Assembly: GCA_000934665.2 (NCBI GenBank)
Contig: KZ538185.1
Location: 1-64,000, forward strand
From: Catajapyx aquilonaris
Lineage: Eukaryota
DNA length: 64,000 nucleotides
Direction: 5' to 3'
The translations under genes were made by a program, and so were the position numbers. Positions 13,920-25,848 of the stretch are shown here, piece after piece. Numbering within the stretch: position 1 is the first letter of the stretch; each line of letters begins with the position of its first letter. The notes beneath the pieces were generated by a model. It made no database searches. It saw only the letters and a program-made list of their open reading frames with translations, and was not told the DNA's origin.

Positions 13920-15020
13920 ACTTCCAATCCCCATGTATCGGCTTGATCAGGACAGAAAGCAATTCCTCTTGTGGCAATCCCTCCCCCTCTTGTAGGGAAT
14001 CTGTTATTAAGCGGGAACCCACGACATTTTGCGCCGGATAAGGGAACGAATTAGGTCCTGTTGGCTCCGATGGCCACGAACAATATCGGGACATCACCCT
14101 AGCGGCGAGGGGCTCGTTGGGGACCCAGCAGGGACATCCCGATTTTTGGAGCTCCACGAGGGTGTATCAGGGGACAATCCTCTTAGGGAAATTTTCAGAT
14201 TAGTTAGCGAAAAGTTCAAACTTGTATATAATAGTGTGTTTTATTCACTTCATAAGAATTCATAGGAGCAACGTTGATTTAAGAATTGGATCCCTCCACA
14301 TAAAGTTTGATCGATTGCTTTGCGATGTGGGGGAAGTTTCCCCGTTTTGCATACAACTCGGTTGACTTGCCCTTATTTCCCCCAAGTCCTACCAGTCTAT
14401 AGAGCTGCAGACGACAGAGTTGACCGGCGTTCGTATCTGCCATAGAGTCCTGAAAAACACAAACGGCGGCTGGCATCCAATACCATCTTGGTACGACCCC
14501 CCAGGGTCCTCTGCTCTTTCAAACGACGCAACAATCAGCCGGACATTTGGGGGTTATCTGGAAGTCAGATCGACTCCTTCTGGATGTTACCAACTGGACA
14601 AGGAAACAGTGCGACAACAATAGGGATCAAATTTCAGTATCTTCGTGTCAATGTACTCTGTCGGTGTTGATCGTTTGGAACCGTTTTTTTGTGACTTTTG
14701 GAGTTGTCTCTTTTGCGTATCTTTGCGTGGGTTTGTCAGGAGCATGGCAAAGTGGAGGAGTTGGCAGTCGTGCAGAAAAGAAGGCTGGATCGTCCCGGAA
14801 GCCGAGCGGATCCCATTCATATCTGGAAGATCAGGCAGGGACACAGACCAAAGGCCGCCGTTCAAGTCATAGCTGCGGGATTATCTGTCAAACAGCGGGC
14901 AAATGGATCACATGTTGAGCCATAAAAGAACGATATTGGCAGATTCGAAAGGGCGAGCTGCCTGGGGATATCTGGACGATCAATCTTCCGGATTGTGGTA
15001 GCTCTGATTCCTCCTGGAAA
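13920..15020 (-). pseudogene. Decayed Ty3/Gypsy-like RT-RNase H
   Basis: Ordered residual motifs across shifting frames: EESELPQS..FRICQYRSF, DLNGGLWSVSL, LHFAMLLTNP, EYIDTKIL, LVGLGG..NFPHIAKQSIKL, LITDSLQEG. Manual alignment only. Confidence 0.55.
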
Positions 15021-18000
15021 TGCCCAAAAATACTATATATATACAGACACAAGTTTTGGAAATAACACCAATAACAGCACGGAAGATAAGCACAAGCTCA
15101 TTTGTGTTGTTGAGGGGTGAGTCGGAAGTCCCTCCGTGTTAGTCATCCAGGACTGTCTGGATGTCCCCGACTCGTGTCATTGGGGAGCACAAGCTGTGAA
15201 ACCGCATGGAAATGCCATTGCTCCACAATCCTGGGGACGGGGAGGGTAGGGGGAAAAGAGAAAAGACGTATCAATTCAGTCTCCCCCTACACGCAAGAGG
15301 AGGAGCGGCAGTCGACAAATTGTTTCGCTCTTCCCACGCTATTCACTTTGCCAGCACGGAGGCTAGAGTGTGCATGCACACCTACACTACTACGTGCACA
15401 AGCCCAATTACAACACTGTCACACTATCCGAGCGATGAATGGGCCTGAAGCGACGTCAAACGGACGGTTTGTGTACTGGATTCAGAATGGCCGCCACTTC
15501 TCATATTACCGCACTGTACAACCCGTAAATGTGCTGGTCATATACGTTGATGCCAAGCTCAACTACAAATCTGCCACACTATTTCTGCAATAAATGACTC
15601 TAAAGCGACACACTCAGCCTGATCCGGGCTCAAGCGGGATCCAAAATGGCCTCCACTTAATATGCAAAGTGTGCCTTGGCCTTTTGACGGGTTATTCACA
15701 ACATTCTTCCCCTTGTTCCAGCCCCCTGTTTCCATTCCCCTCTTGCCTGTCCTCCTCTCCCTTTCTGCTTCATGTCTTGAGCGCGACATCGGGAGATGAC
15801 ACCAGTTGAAATGGGTGTCGCCTCGATTCCTGACAGCTCGTAATTGCCATGAAGGCTTTTCCGACCAACTTGCGGCAGTGGGGAGGGTTTGATGCCTGCC
15901 TTTCCCGTTTCCTAGCAATATGTTCTAGTTTTAGGACTCATCTGCAGGCTATTCAGATAGTACAGCAAAATTGGCTCAAATCATAAGTTAGATAGTGAAC
16001 CAACAGGTGTGACCCTGTAATTCTCCACAATATCCATATAATATTGCAACAATGCAAAAATTGATAAGCAGTAACAAACGGAAGTAGAGCGTGCATACTT
16101 CTAAACAAGTAAGAAAAAAACAGGTCCATGCCGGTATGTTGATGACTGCAGTAAAGCTGTGCGTTTTACAGTAGCCTAATGACCAGTTTGTTCGTTAGTG
16201 CGGACGACTGTCCCCACCAGTTGATGTTACCCTCCCCTAACCCTGTTCAGACTGTTGTTGTTTTTTTATCTTCCGGCTCCCAAGTAGACTTATTAGCGAA
16301 TTTTATGGGCTGCAGTAAAAGGACGACGAAGATCAGATGTTTCAGACTGAGTCAAAATAACCATGCCTAATTTCATTTTCCAGGGATCGTTATGGCTAAC
16401 ACCATTTATAAACTCACCTCTATAATAGTCGAATCTATGCACCTATAGAGTTAGAAAAAAAAAGAGCTGATTAGGGTCTACCCTTTTGGACGCGTAGTGA
16501 ATTCATTAGGTCCGGTAGAGATAAGGAACAAGTCAGGCTCGGTTGTATAACCTGCAAGGACACCTTTGGATGTCACCAAAGCGTCACGTTACGAGAAAGG
16601 GGAGCTCCTGTGAGTACTGTCCTGGTCAGATAAGAACAGGTGTCTCCAGCAAGCTATTATTTACAACGCCCCTGGTGGTCAATTAGTTAGCTACTGTATG
16701 TACTGGAATAAGTTAAAAAAGAAGCCGCAGTGCCATCTGGATACAATATTGCAGCATCTATGGGTTATGAGGCGGTATACGAGGCGTGCTGACAATTACT
16801 GAAACACTGGTCGTCTCTTGGAAAGCCAGAGGCGCCCGACTCATTATTACCCATTTCCGACCCATAAAGCCCGACTGCTATTCTCAACCCGGTTGTTGTC
16901 GACTATATTCTGTAACTTATAGTTAGCGAAGCTGGAGGAAGAGGATAAGACGTTGCCTAATATGGGCCAGACCATATTTATTATATAAATATAGTAAATA
17001 ATAATGAAAATGTAGATAATCCGGCTAGCCTCAACCGAGGCTGCCTCAGGACTTAAACAAACCTTCCCCACGTCCTCTACCGGCGAATACCACAATTATT
17101 CACCCAACCCCATCTAGCGGATATGCCACGGATCCTGGATGTAACGGAAATAATTTCACGTTTCGTTTAGAAATATGCATTTAATAATTATCACGTGTGC
17201 AAATATCGCGATTATTATCATACTGAGCACGAAAATGGCAGTTTCTCGGAAATAATCCGCCAAAATTAAGCGCATGCCGGTTTCACACACAAAAAAATTT
17301 GACGTGTCATGTCCCAACCTGCCAACGCAAAAAATATTAAAAAAAACTGGGGGCCCCACATAGAGGGTGGGCATCATTAGTGCGAATGTAAACTTGCCAT
17401 AAACAATAATTCATTGTGTGATCGTGGAAAATTATAGCGTTGGCATTGCGAAACAAGACAGTGAAGAATGAAGGCCCCCCCGTTAAATTAGTCTCGACTC
17501 CCATGATTTTTAGACCGCACATTGACGCCATATTGTGCTCAAATCTTGCCAATAGGCGTCAAATTTGATGGAATGTATTAATTGCTGGCCAGGACTACAA
17601 TCAGTGGCAACAGTGGCGACGTCATAGCAATTAGCAGTGCGTGACTGGTCAGCGCTCAAAAAATGTAAATGACCCCTCAAATATGGCCGCCTAAAAAATG
17701 ACTTCCTTTCCATATTCCGACACCTGCTCACCCCCGGTATATTTCGACGATGGCTCTCTCCCCGGGTGTGAAAACAATCTAGCCCACGAAAGCAGCAGGA
17801 AGGATAAAAAGCTGTGAAACGCAAAGCCCCCTGAAACATTAATCCTTCCGGGGATTTTGTTCTTTTACTGGGTTTAAATTTATGGCAGGCCAGTGAAGAG
17901 AGGAAGTCCACAAGTGCGTTATTGTCCTCCGGCTGGCGATTCCTCCGCATACTGTTTCCGTTTCAACCCCCTACTATTGTTACTGGGCGTCAAAATGGTG

Positions 18001-18043
18001 GGACTGACCGTAAATAGTGGAAGAGAACTCATTAAAGGTGAAT

Positions 18044-18124
18044 TGGCCGCTAGGGGCGCTGTGGTGGCCACTAGAGGCGCTGTAGTAGCCGCTAGAGGCG
18101 CTGTGGTGGCCGCTAGAGGTGCTG
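18044..18124 (+). repeat. 21-bp tandem repeat x4 (TGGCCRCTAGRGGCGCTGTRG)
   Basis: Directly visible. Confidence 0.9.
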
Positions 18125-18759
18125 ATACAGCCTTGATCGTGACTGTGTATTGTAGCCATAAAATTCAGCCAGTTTAGACCTCACCGGATTGTTAGATAAG
18201 GTTAATATGAAGGGCTGGCCATCGTTGTGTTAACGACCTGGCTGCCATTTTGGATCTGTGACACTTTTATGCCCTCATTATTTCCTTGTCGTTTACATAA
18301 GCTTGGTGCTCCGGCTTAATTTATTGTGGATGAACCCTGACTGGTGAGTCTGTATAACCTCTTTTTTTCGTGGTCACCTTAAGATGCGACAATTATATGG
18401 CTAGAAGAATACCTTGATGGATGTGGTACCAAATCCAGGGTTCCATCATGGGAGGGAAAGATTTTGTGAATTGCGACGGCTCCTTGTTTCTGACAGCCTA
18501 TTTGTCAACAGGGCCCGGATTTGAGTGCCCTAATATTTTCCGGCAAGGGCAAACAATGGACGAGAGGACTCCTAATCTGGGGTCATTTTTCACGTAATTG
18601 TGGGGAGCCACACTCTCTAATAATTTGGTACGTCATACCGCAATATGTGGGTTTTACAGAGAAAAAAAAAATCCGCCTACAACAGTTATCGTGACAGACC
18701 GGGGAAAGTTTCATTACTTTCTTTTGCTCTTGAATTTTTACTACCCAGCGACATTCCAG

Positions 18760-20100
18760 CCGAAACGCATCCCCATTCTTTCCCAACTCCTTTTCAAACT
18801 CTTGGCTCCTAAGAGGACGTAAAAAGTACATAAATCGCCGCGCGACGGATGGAAACTGCCTCTCAAAGTGGAACGTCTTTGGCTTTTTTGTTATCTACTC
18901 GTGGAAACCGCAACAGTTGTCATTAGGTGGCTCTTGGGTCCTCTCCTGGTGATTTCCACACAAATGTTTTTTTTTGAGTGTACTAATTGCACATGTGCCC
19001 TTCCAGAAGCGGTGTGGCCCCAAGGCTCGTCTCCAAAGAGGTCAAGGAGTTGGATACCAGCCATCCCTCTAGGAGTGGTAATATGGAGTCATCTTGGTAT
19101 CTCTTCGACGACACGTCTTTGGGCAGGTGGCCAAACACAGGTCAACAGGCAATGGCGGCACCCTTCTGCATCTCTTCGAAAGGAAAGGGATGAAACCCGG
19201 GAATTCCTGCTTGGCGCCACTTTTCCTCGCTGCCGGCAAGCCTGGCAAAGGCCTATCGCGACTATCTCATAAGCTAAGTGAAGCGTGCCCGGCAGGGGGG
19301 CGACACCTGCTGTTTCTGGGCCATACCCGGCTCCAAAATGGCCGAAGGTGTCAGATCCCGAGGGGTGCAGGACAATCTTCCGCTCTGACAGTCGCCTCGG
19401 ATGTCACCAGCACCCGCTCCGGATCCAGCCTGGGCCTGCATGCCAAATGACAAAGCTCCCTCCGACTGGCTACATGGTCCGAATTCTTAATGACCATGGA
19501 CATTTTTTTTAAAAAGAAGGCGATGTCTCTGTTGCGGCCAGCTTTGTTCTGCTGGCATGCAAGGTCAGCTCCAGCTGTCCTCTTTTCTCTTTTGCCGCCA
19601 ATGGTCGGGAATGTGCAACATATCCACATATTCACATGTGAGTCAAACCCCCCTGAGAAAAAGAAAACACCCCTCTGCGGTTATCAGCCCCATCGCCGCT
19701 CGTATAAGCGAAAGATACGAATGTCCTCCGGTCCTATCTCAGGGTTAGATCTCCCCCAGCAACCAGAAGCCAAGAGGAGAGGACCAGGACAGCATTTTGA
19801 GTCGACCAAACTCGAGGGGTGGTCCATTCGCGAAGATGCGCAATTCCTTATTAATTGCAGGGTAAGAGGCATCAAGGTCCCCCCGCCAGACGTGTCAAAA
19901 TTTAACGGTCATAACGGTCATTTTTGGATTTTCGGTGTTTTTTGAGGATTTTTCCAGCTCGGTGAAACAGCTTTCGACTGACTGCATTCCCAGTCATGAC
20001 AGGCCCCCATCGAATCCTCCGGTTCGTCAGAATGGGTGCCTTCCAGACAGAGATGGATAGGTGGCAAGCAGAAGAGCACTTTGGGTCGGAGCGACGACAC
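18760..20100 (+). pseudogene. Decayed DIRS-like RT-RNase H
   Basis: Ordered residual motifs: LLAPKRT, VETATVVIRWLL, CALP, APRLVSK, YLFDD, LFLG, QHFESTKLE..VRGIKV..D, RWIGGKQ. These resemble LVPK, METxxSV, ALPFG, APRVFTK, YLDD, FLG, HINxLEL and HIPGKxN. Confidence 0.42.
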
Positions 20101-22277
20101 TTCTGACTGCCCCTCCGGCCTCGAGGTGATGGGAAAGAGGGCCCATCCTCCTCAGGTGCAGAAGAAGACAAATTATGCCGCTCACCTGCCCCACTGTCTG
20201 GGAGCTACCGCCATAGCCACTTATCTCCTTCATCGGCGCCGACATTGTTTTACTCTTGGCCTGTTATCGGAAGGGTCTGGCTTTGGCTTAGGGGCGACCG
20301 TTGTACGCTACATGTTGCCGCTACCTGAAAATGGCGGATTTTTATGACCAAGCCGACAGGTATGCTCGGAATTGTCTCACCCGACTCCAAGGGGCTTCGG
20401 AGGACCCCTATAAGGATGAGCCCAAATCGCATGGGGGACAAGTTGGAAAATTACAAACGGTGGTAGATACGCAGTGCGTTTTTATCGTCTCGAAAAACTA
20501 GATTTGTAAAACGTGTGTGGAATGCGAATGTGTGGCCTGAGGCTACTGGACGTGTTGCTGCGCCCATATCCGGCAGCTCTCGTCCATTTGCTGCCACTGA
20601 TAAGGCGGCTCAAGATACATGAGGGGCTGAAAAGGACTCTTGCCTTTCTCCCGTCTTGAAGGATGGGGTTCTGGGAAAAACCCAGCGGCTAGAACCTACG
20701 TGGATAGCCAACCCGCATGTTTAATTCATTTCGGACCCACTTCTTCTGACGTGACAGGCCTACCAGGTTATGTGATTTTACTTGCCACCGTGGGCGAATA
20801 TATGCGACGCTACACGCTGAGATATTACCAGTGAAAATTTAAACTCAAAGTGAGAGCAAAAATGCTAAAACTCAGTCCAAAAGAGGGGAAGAACGATATT
20901 AATATGAGTGAATTTGATTCAAATATCAAGTAAGAATGGTTTAAAATAAATATTTAAGAAGCTTAAGTAGAAAATAGCTCAAAATTGGACGACTTTAAAG
21001 TCGCTGGGTGGAATTTTTGTCCCACTGCTATTAGTAACTGCAAACAATTGTACTGCTACGTTAGCAGCAACTAGCAGTATGATAAAAATTCGATCCACTG
21101 GCGCTATTTATGGCTGCTATTTAAATAGTTTCCATTCTTACATTAATTAATATCAAATATTAGAGTCCGGTATTGCGCATGGCGGCAATCTTGGATTCTA
21201 AACGACACAATTTTGGAACATTTTCAGCTAGTTTCCCCCCATTGTTCCTTCATTTGGTGCCAATTGGTGGAAACAGCCCACCTTTTGTCCCAAAATGAGC
21301 TGACGTGCGTAAAAAACCTCCCAGAAACTCTTCTTTCAACCTTACTGCACAATAGCCACGAAGAGCAGTCCGGCGTACCTCCGCAAACCCCTTTTTGATA
21401 CCACAGTGCACGTGTAGGGTTTTACGCCATCCAGAGAGTGCAGACTGCGCAAATGAGCCATCACTAGTCCCCAATCTGCACTTTTTGGCCCTCTCTATCT
21501 CTTTTTTGGGGGGGAACAGTCGGCACGAAGCGCATTAAAAGTGGCCTAACGAGCCCCTTCATCCCACGTCCTCTTTTCTTTTGAACCAGCCCCAAGTTAA
21601 TTTCAATTTGGCACCACCTCTCCTAGCAACTTGGGCCATTTTTGATGCTAACGACAACGCGGCACCCCTTTGGCCCTAATAAAGGCGTCCGAAGCGGTCC
21701 TGTGACAGAGCAATGGAGCATGAAATCAGTTATCTCGTCTAAATAGGCCCCCACCACCGCACATTAGGCTAAACACCCTTTCGGTAGGGGGATCGGCTTC
21801 TCACTTGCATTTCAAATGGGTAAGGCTTGGTCTGCCATAGGAGGCGGAGACCAGGTTTAACATATTTGAGAGTGACACAGCCCGAGGGGGAATATATCAA
21901 GGGGGAGAAGCCTTGTTACGAATTAAACTTATTGCCTTCTGGCCATCGACAAACGTGTAGTTTCTCCGGCGGGCATGCCATGATATCGATAAAGGTACAG
22001 CCCCCATCAAGGATTCATTGGCATCATCAGGATAGTGATGAGCTTCAAGCACGCCACCCTGCCCAATCGATCGATTCTGATAGGAATGATAATCATGAAG
22101 GGGGGTCTAAGAGCCTTTTTGACACTTGACGTCAGGTTGATTCCGGTATGTGGATGACTCAATTTGGGGGTTTTCCAGGTATGGAAGTACCAAATCATAT
22201 GGGGTGTCATCTAACAAGTAACTACAGATTGGATGAGCGATAATAATTTTTCTGAACCTCAAAATATGAAAGAGGAC

Positions 22278-22600
22278 CAGAGTGGGCACGCCAACCGCAA
22301 TGTTTAGTTCCGCTAACTTCCACTAACAGCTAATACGGTTAGCGAACCATGGGTGGCGCTATATCGCTAGAGATAAACAGCTAGAACGATTAGGGGATTT
22401 CCACTAACCTTTCTAGCTGTTTAGCATTAGCGATTTAGCGATTTAGCCTATGGGGTTAGCAACTCCCTGGAACCGGTGTACACACTGGCCAAGGAACCAG
22501 GTGGAACCGGCTTGGAACCGGCCTGGAACAGGGTTCCAGGATCTGTTGTACACTTTTTAGGGGAGTTGCTAACCCTGTGCTAACCCCGCTGGATTTAGCC
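22278..22600. repeat. MITE-like segment rich in GCTAA/TTAGC and GGAACC motifs
   Basis: Inverted GGGTTAGCAACTCCC (22453-22467) and GGGAGTTGCTAACCC (22561-22575); also inverted AAACAGCTAGAA/TTCTAGCTGTTT. Confidence 0.55.
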
Positions 22601-24010
22601 AACTTGTAGCAGATTCTAATACGCCTAGTGGTCAATTCCTTCTAACAACAACAAGGCTATATCACTTGCAAACATGTCAGTATGTGCTTGACATATGTAT
22701 ATGCACTTAGCAAATGAGTTTCCTACCATAATTTACACATGCATGAAGTGTTATGCACCCCTCTGACTCCGAACACATCAGAAGCAGACGATGCCTCCCT
22801 ATATTATAATGACATGCAGAAAAGGGCAACAATCATAAAATGATAATAGATCCGAGCCAGCCCCTGACTTCCAAAAGAGCGTGGGGTTGCTCCTGCCCTG
22901 CTGACCCGGAGCAATTTCAATCAATATTGTAATTGGGAAGAATGGCAGCTTTGGGGATGAGAACCCCTAGAGAAGGACAATCGCATTCCCCCGGCCTTAT
23001 ACCCATAATGCCAGTTTTACATCCGTTCGATCCATGAGGGGACAATCCAATTGACAAAACACTCCTGGCTAAGTGTGGAATTAACTGAAGATTGATTATT
23101 TATTGAGAATTTTTTTGTTGAAAATGGTGGGTCTATGGCTGATTGGTTGATTTATGCAGTATTCATTCACCTGTACAATTTTATTCGTTTATGTTAAAAA
23201 TTGTGAAGATTTTTGTCATTTCTCCAATCATGTAACATAGGAATTCTCCCTGTATGTCGGTTGTTCAAGTGAGACATTATTTCTAAGAAGTGTCGGTAGT
23301 AGCCCAATCCGATGACATCCCGAGATCCAAACCTAGCTATTAGAGTTGCCACCTCGGCCATAACTAACTCGATCACACGAGCGATCCTACCGCCAGGACT
23401 GATAAGCAACCAGCAAACGTTATTAACCCCGTTTCGAGAAACCGCCCGAGCGGGCCGCACAATCACAAAGGAAACTGCTTGCCATAAACACCCCTGGTAT
23501 TTATTATGCATGTTTGTTTGCACGAAGGAAACCGCGGTGGTGGAGCCTAACTTAGATAATTATAAGTCCATGTCGCCAAAATAATGTACTTGGATCTACC
23601 TGCTTATTATCCAATGTATTATCAATTCTTGCAGATTCAGAGGTAAACATCTGTATCGATTTAAGGGATCTCCTGTAAGGTGCTAATCTAAGGTTAGTGC
23701 TTTTCTACAGCCCCCTAAGGAAACGGATGTCAACATTTGTCTTCACTAACTCGTCACCCAAAGTCGTAGGAGACGTCCAGCACTGGGAATATATCGCAAT
23801 TTTCTCACGTGCAAAGTCCCTCAAGTGCTCCAACAGCACCTCCTTTCCCTGCCAGTAACGTGTTTAAGTAGAATTCGGTCCGAACGGCCAGCTGAGACAG
23901 TCGAGACCCATGTGCTATGCTACTCTCACATGTCCAAAGACTGTGGGACAACAATCAGCAGGGGTAATCTACAACCACTCACATAATTTGGAACAAAATG
24001 TGATTATTTC

Positions 24011-24158
24011 GGCATCTTGGTGCGCTCCTAATGGGGGAAGCCATCTTGGTACTCGTTCGTTCTCCTACTGGGCGCGGTCATCTTGGTGCGCCTAGTGAGG
24101 CGGCCATCTTGGTGCTCGTTCGTACTCCTACTGGGCGCAGCCATATTGCTGCTCCGAC
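24011..24158 (+). repeat. 63-bp-unit tandem repeat with GCCATCTTG motifs, copy 1
   Basis: Same unit and same ending (GCCATATTGCTGCTCC) as the array at 25681-25848. Confidence 0.85.
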
Positions 24159-25189
24159 GATGATTTGTATGACATCGGGTCATTTCGTGAGACACAGACC
24201 AATCTGATGACGAATAGCAGGAAGCGTGAGTTGCTGTGCTGACTATACATAGTCCACATACATGCTGCATGTGTGTGTGAGACGACGGGGGGTTGAGTTT
24301 GAAGGCGACGGGACACGAGCCGCGATCACGCAAAGGTGTTGACAGCTGCACACTCAGGCCATTGTCCTACACCCATTACATTCTTACCACCTAGTGTGTT
24401 CGTCCGTTCCGCACGGTATTACTTGATCCACTGCAGATTCCAGGACGACACACTGGTCCTTGTTGTGTTTGGGCACACTGGCAAAGAAAGTCCTTGTTGT
24501 CACCTCGCGCCATTGTGCCTAGCACTTGGGTGATGAATAGTGCGTGCAATGCAAGTGACTGGCACCTGGCCCTCACCTGATAAAAATCACCAAGACAAAC
24601 ACGGGTGACAGTTATGCCCGCTTTATCCTGACTCATTTCTTGCGATATGTTCTACATGGGCAATATGCTCATAAAATTGATAACCTGGTTAAAATCGTCG
24701 GGTAATTATTTTGGAAAATGGCAACCCCCTAACGGTAGCGTGGGGGGTTACCTTCTGAAGAAAAAAAAATGTCTACCACCTGACGTGATTTGCAGGCGAG
24801 TATATCAAAGTTTCCAGTCATTTGTTGGAGATAAAACGGATCAAATGTGCACTTCACACGCTCGTGTGCGGAGCATAATCCGATAGAGGAAAAAGGGTGC
24901 AGCTGTGATTTACGACGACTCGATTACCGTCTGCTGGAAGGGCTCCCGCATCTTAATTTTCTAGTCGTACCTGGCCGGTGTGAACGGAATGAATTACAAC
25001 TCTATCCTAGATTCAAACTGACATGTTCATTTTACTACAGATCTCTTTAGTTATTTTTAAAAATGGGGTAATTTTGACCCATAAAAATCGATATATCGAT
25101 ATTTTGCAGGCGATATATGTTAATTTTTTTTATCTCCCTCACCTTTCCCCACCTGGTCACGACAAGCAGGTGGTAGCCTGTTTGTTTAG

Positions 25190-25650
25190 GAGGCTTAAAT
25201 GACCCCCTTCATACCAATTGGCTGTTGATTTACACTGTATCGCAACTGACCCATAGGGGGATGGAGATGTTCCTGATTGGTATCGACACACCTGATTTTT
25301 CTCACCTGCTGATCTCATCAAGGTGCTGCTGGAGGGACGTACGGAATCTACCCCCACCGATTATTTTTTCGACTTTTCCTTTTTCGTATATGGGGAGGTA
25401 ATGAATCGTAGTTCGCGTGTTTCTGGCCTCCGTCATTTGGAGGTCTCCTGTGCCACCTGCTCACCTCATTTCGGCGCCCAACTCACTTGGCCAGGGGTCA
25501 CGGAAGGAGGAGGAGGAGGTATAGGGGGGCGAAAACCCCTCGGCTCATCATCACCCATCCTATACGCTGATGGAAGGGGCGGAAATTGTCAGGCCTTGCC
25601 AACTGGCTATCACGCCATTTTGGACTGGGTGAAAGCAGAATATTTTACAC
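25190..25650 (+). pseudogene. Decayed non-LTR (LINE) RT fragment
   Basis: Ordered residues EGRTEST, YFFDFS, PGVTEG, ILYADG, AILDW resemble GRST, LDFSKAFD, SGVPQG, LYADD and the downstream W. Confidence 0.4.
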
Positions 25651-25680
25651 GACTATAAATTATGGTTAATTAATTCGCGC

Positions 25681-25848
25681 TTGGTGCTCCCAGTGGGAGC
25701 GGCCATCTTCGTGGGCCTAATTAGGCGGCCATCTTGGTACTCGTTGGTGCTCCTAGTGGGCGCGGCCATCTTGGTGCGCCTAATTAGGCGGCCATCTTGG
25801 TACTCGTTGGTGCTCCTAGTGGGCGCGGCCATATTGCTGCTCCCGACG
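25681..25848 (+). repeat. 63-bp-unit tandem repeat with GCCATCTTG motifs, copy 2
   Basis: About 2.6 units, directly visible. Confidence 0.88.
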
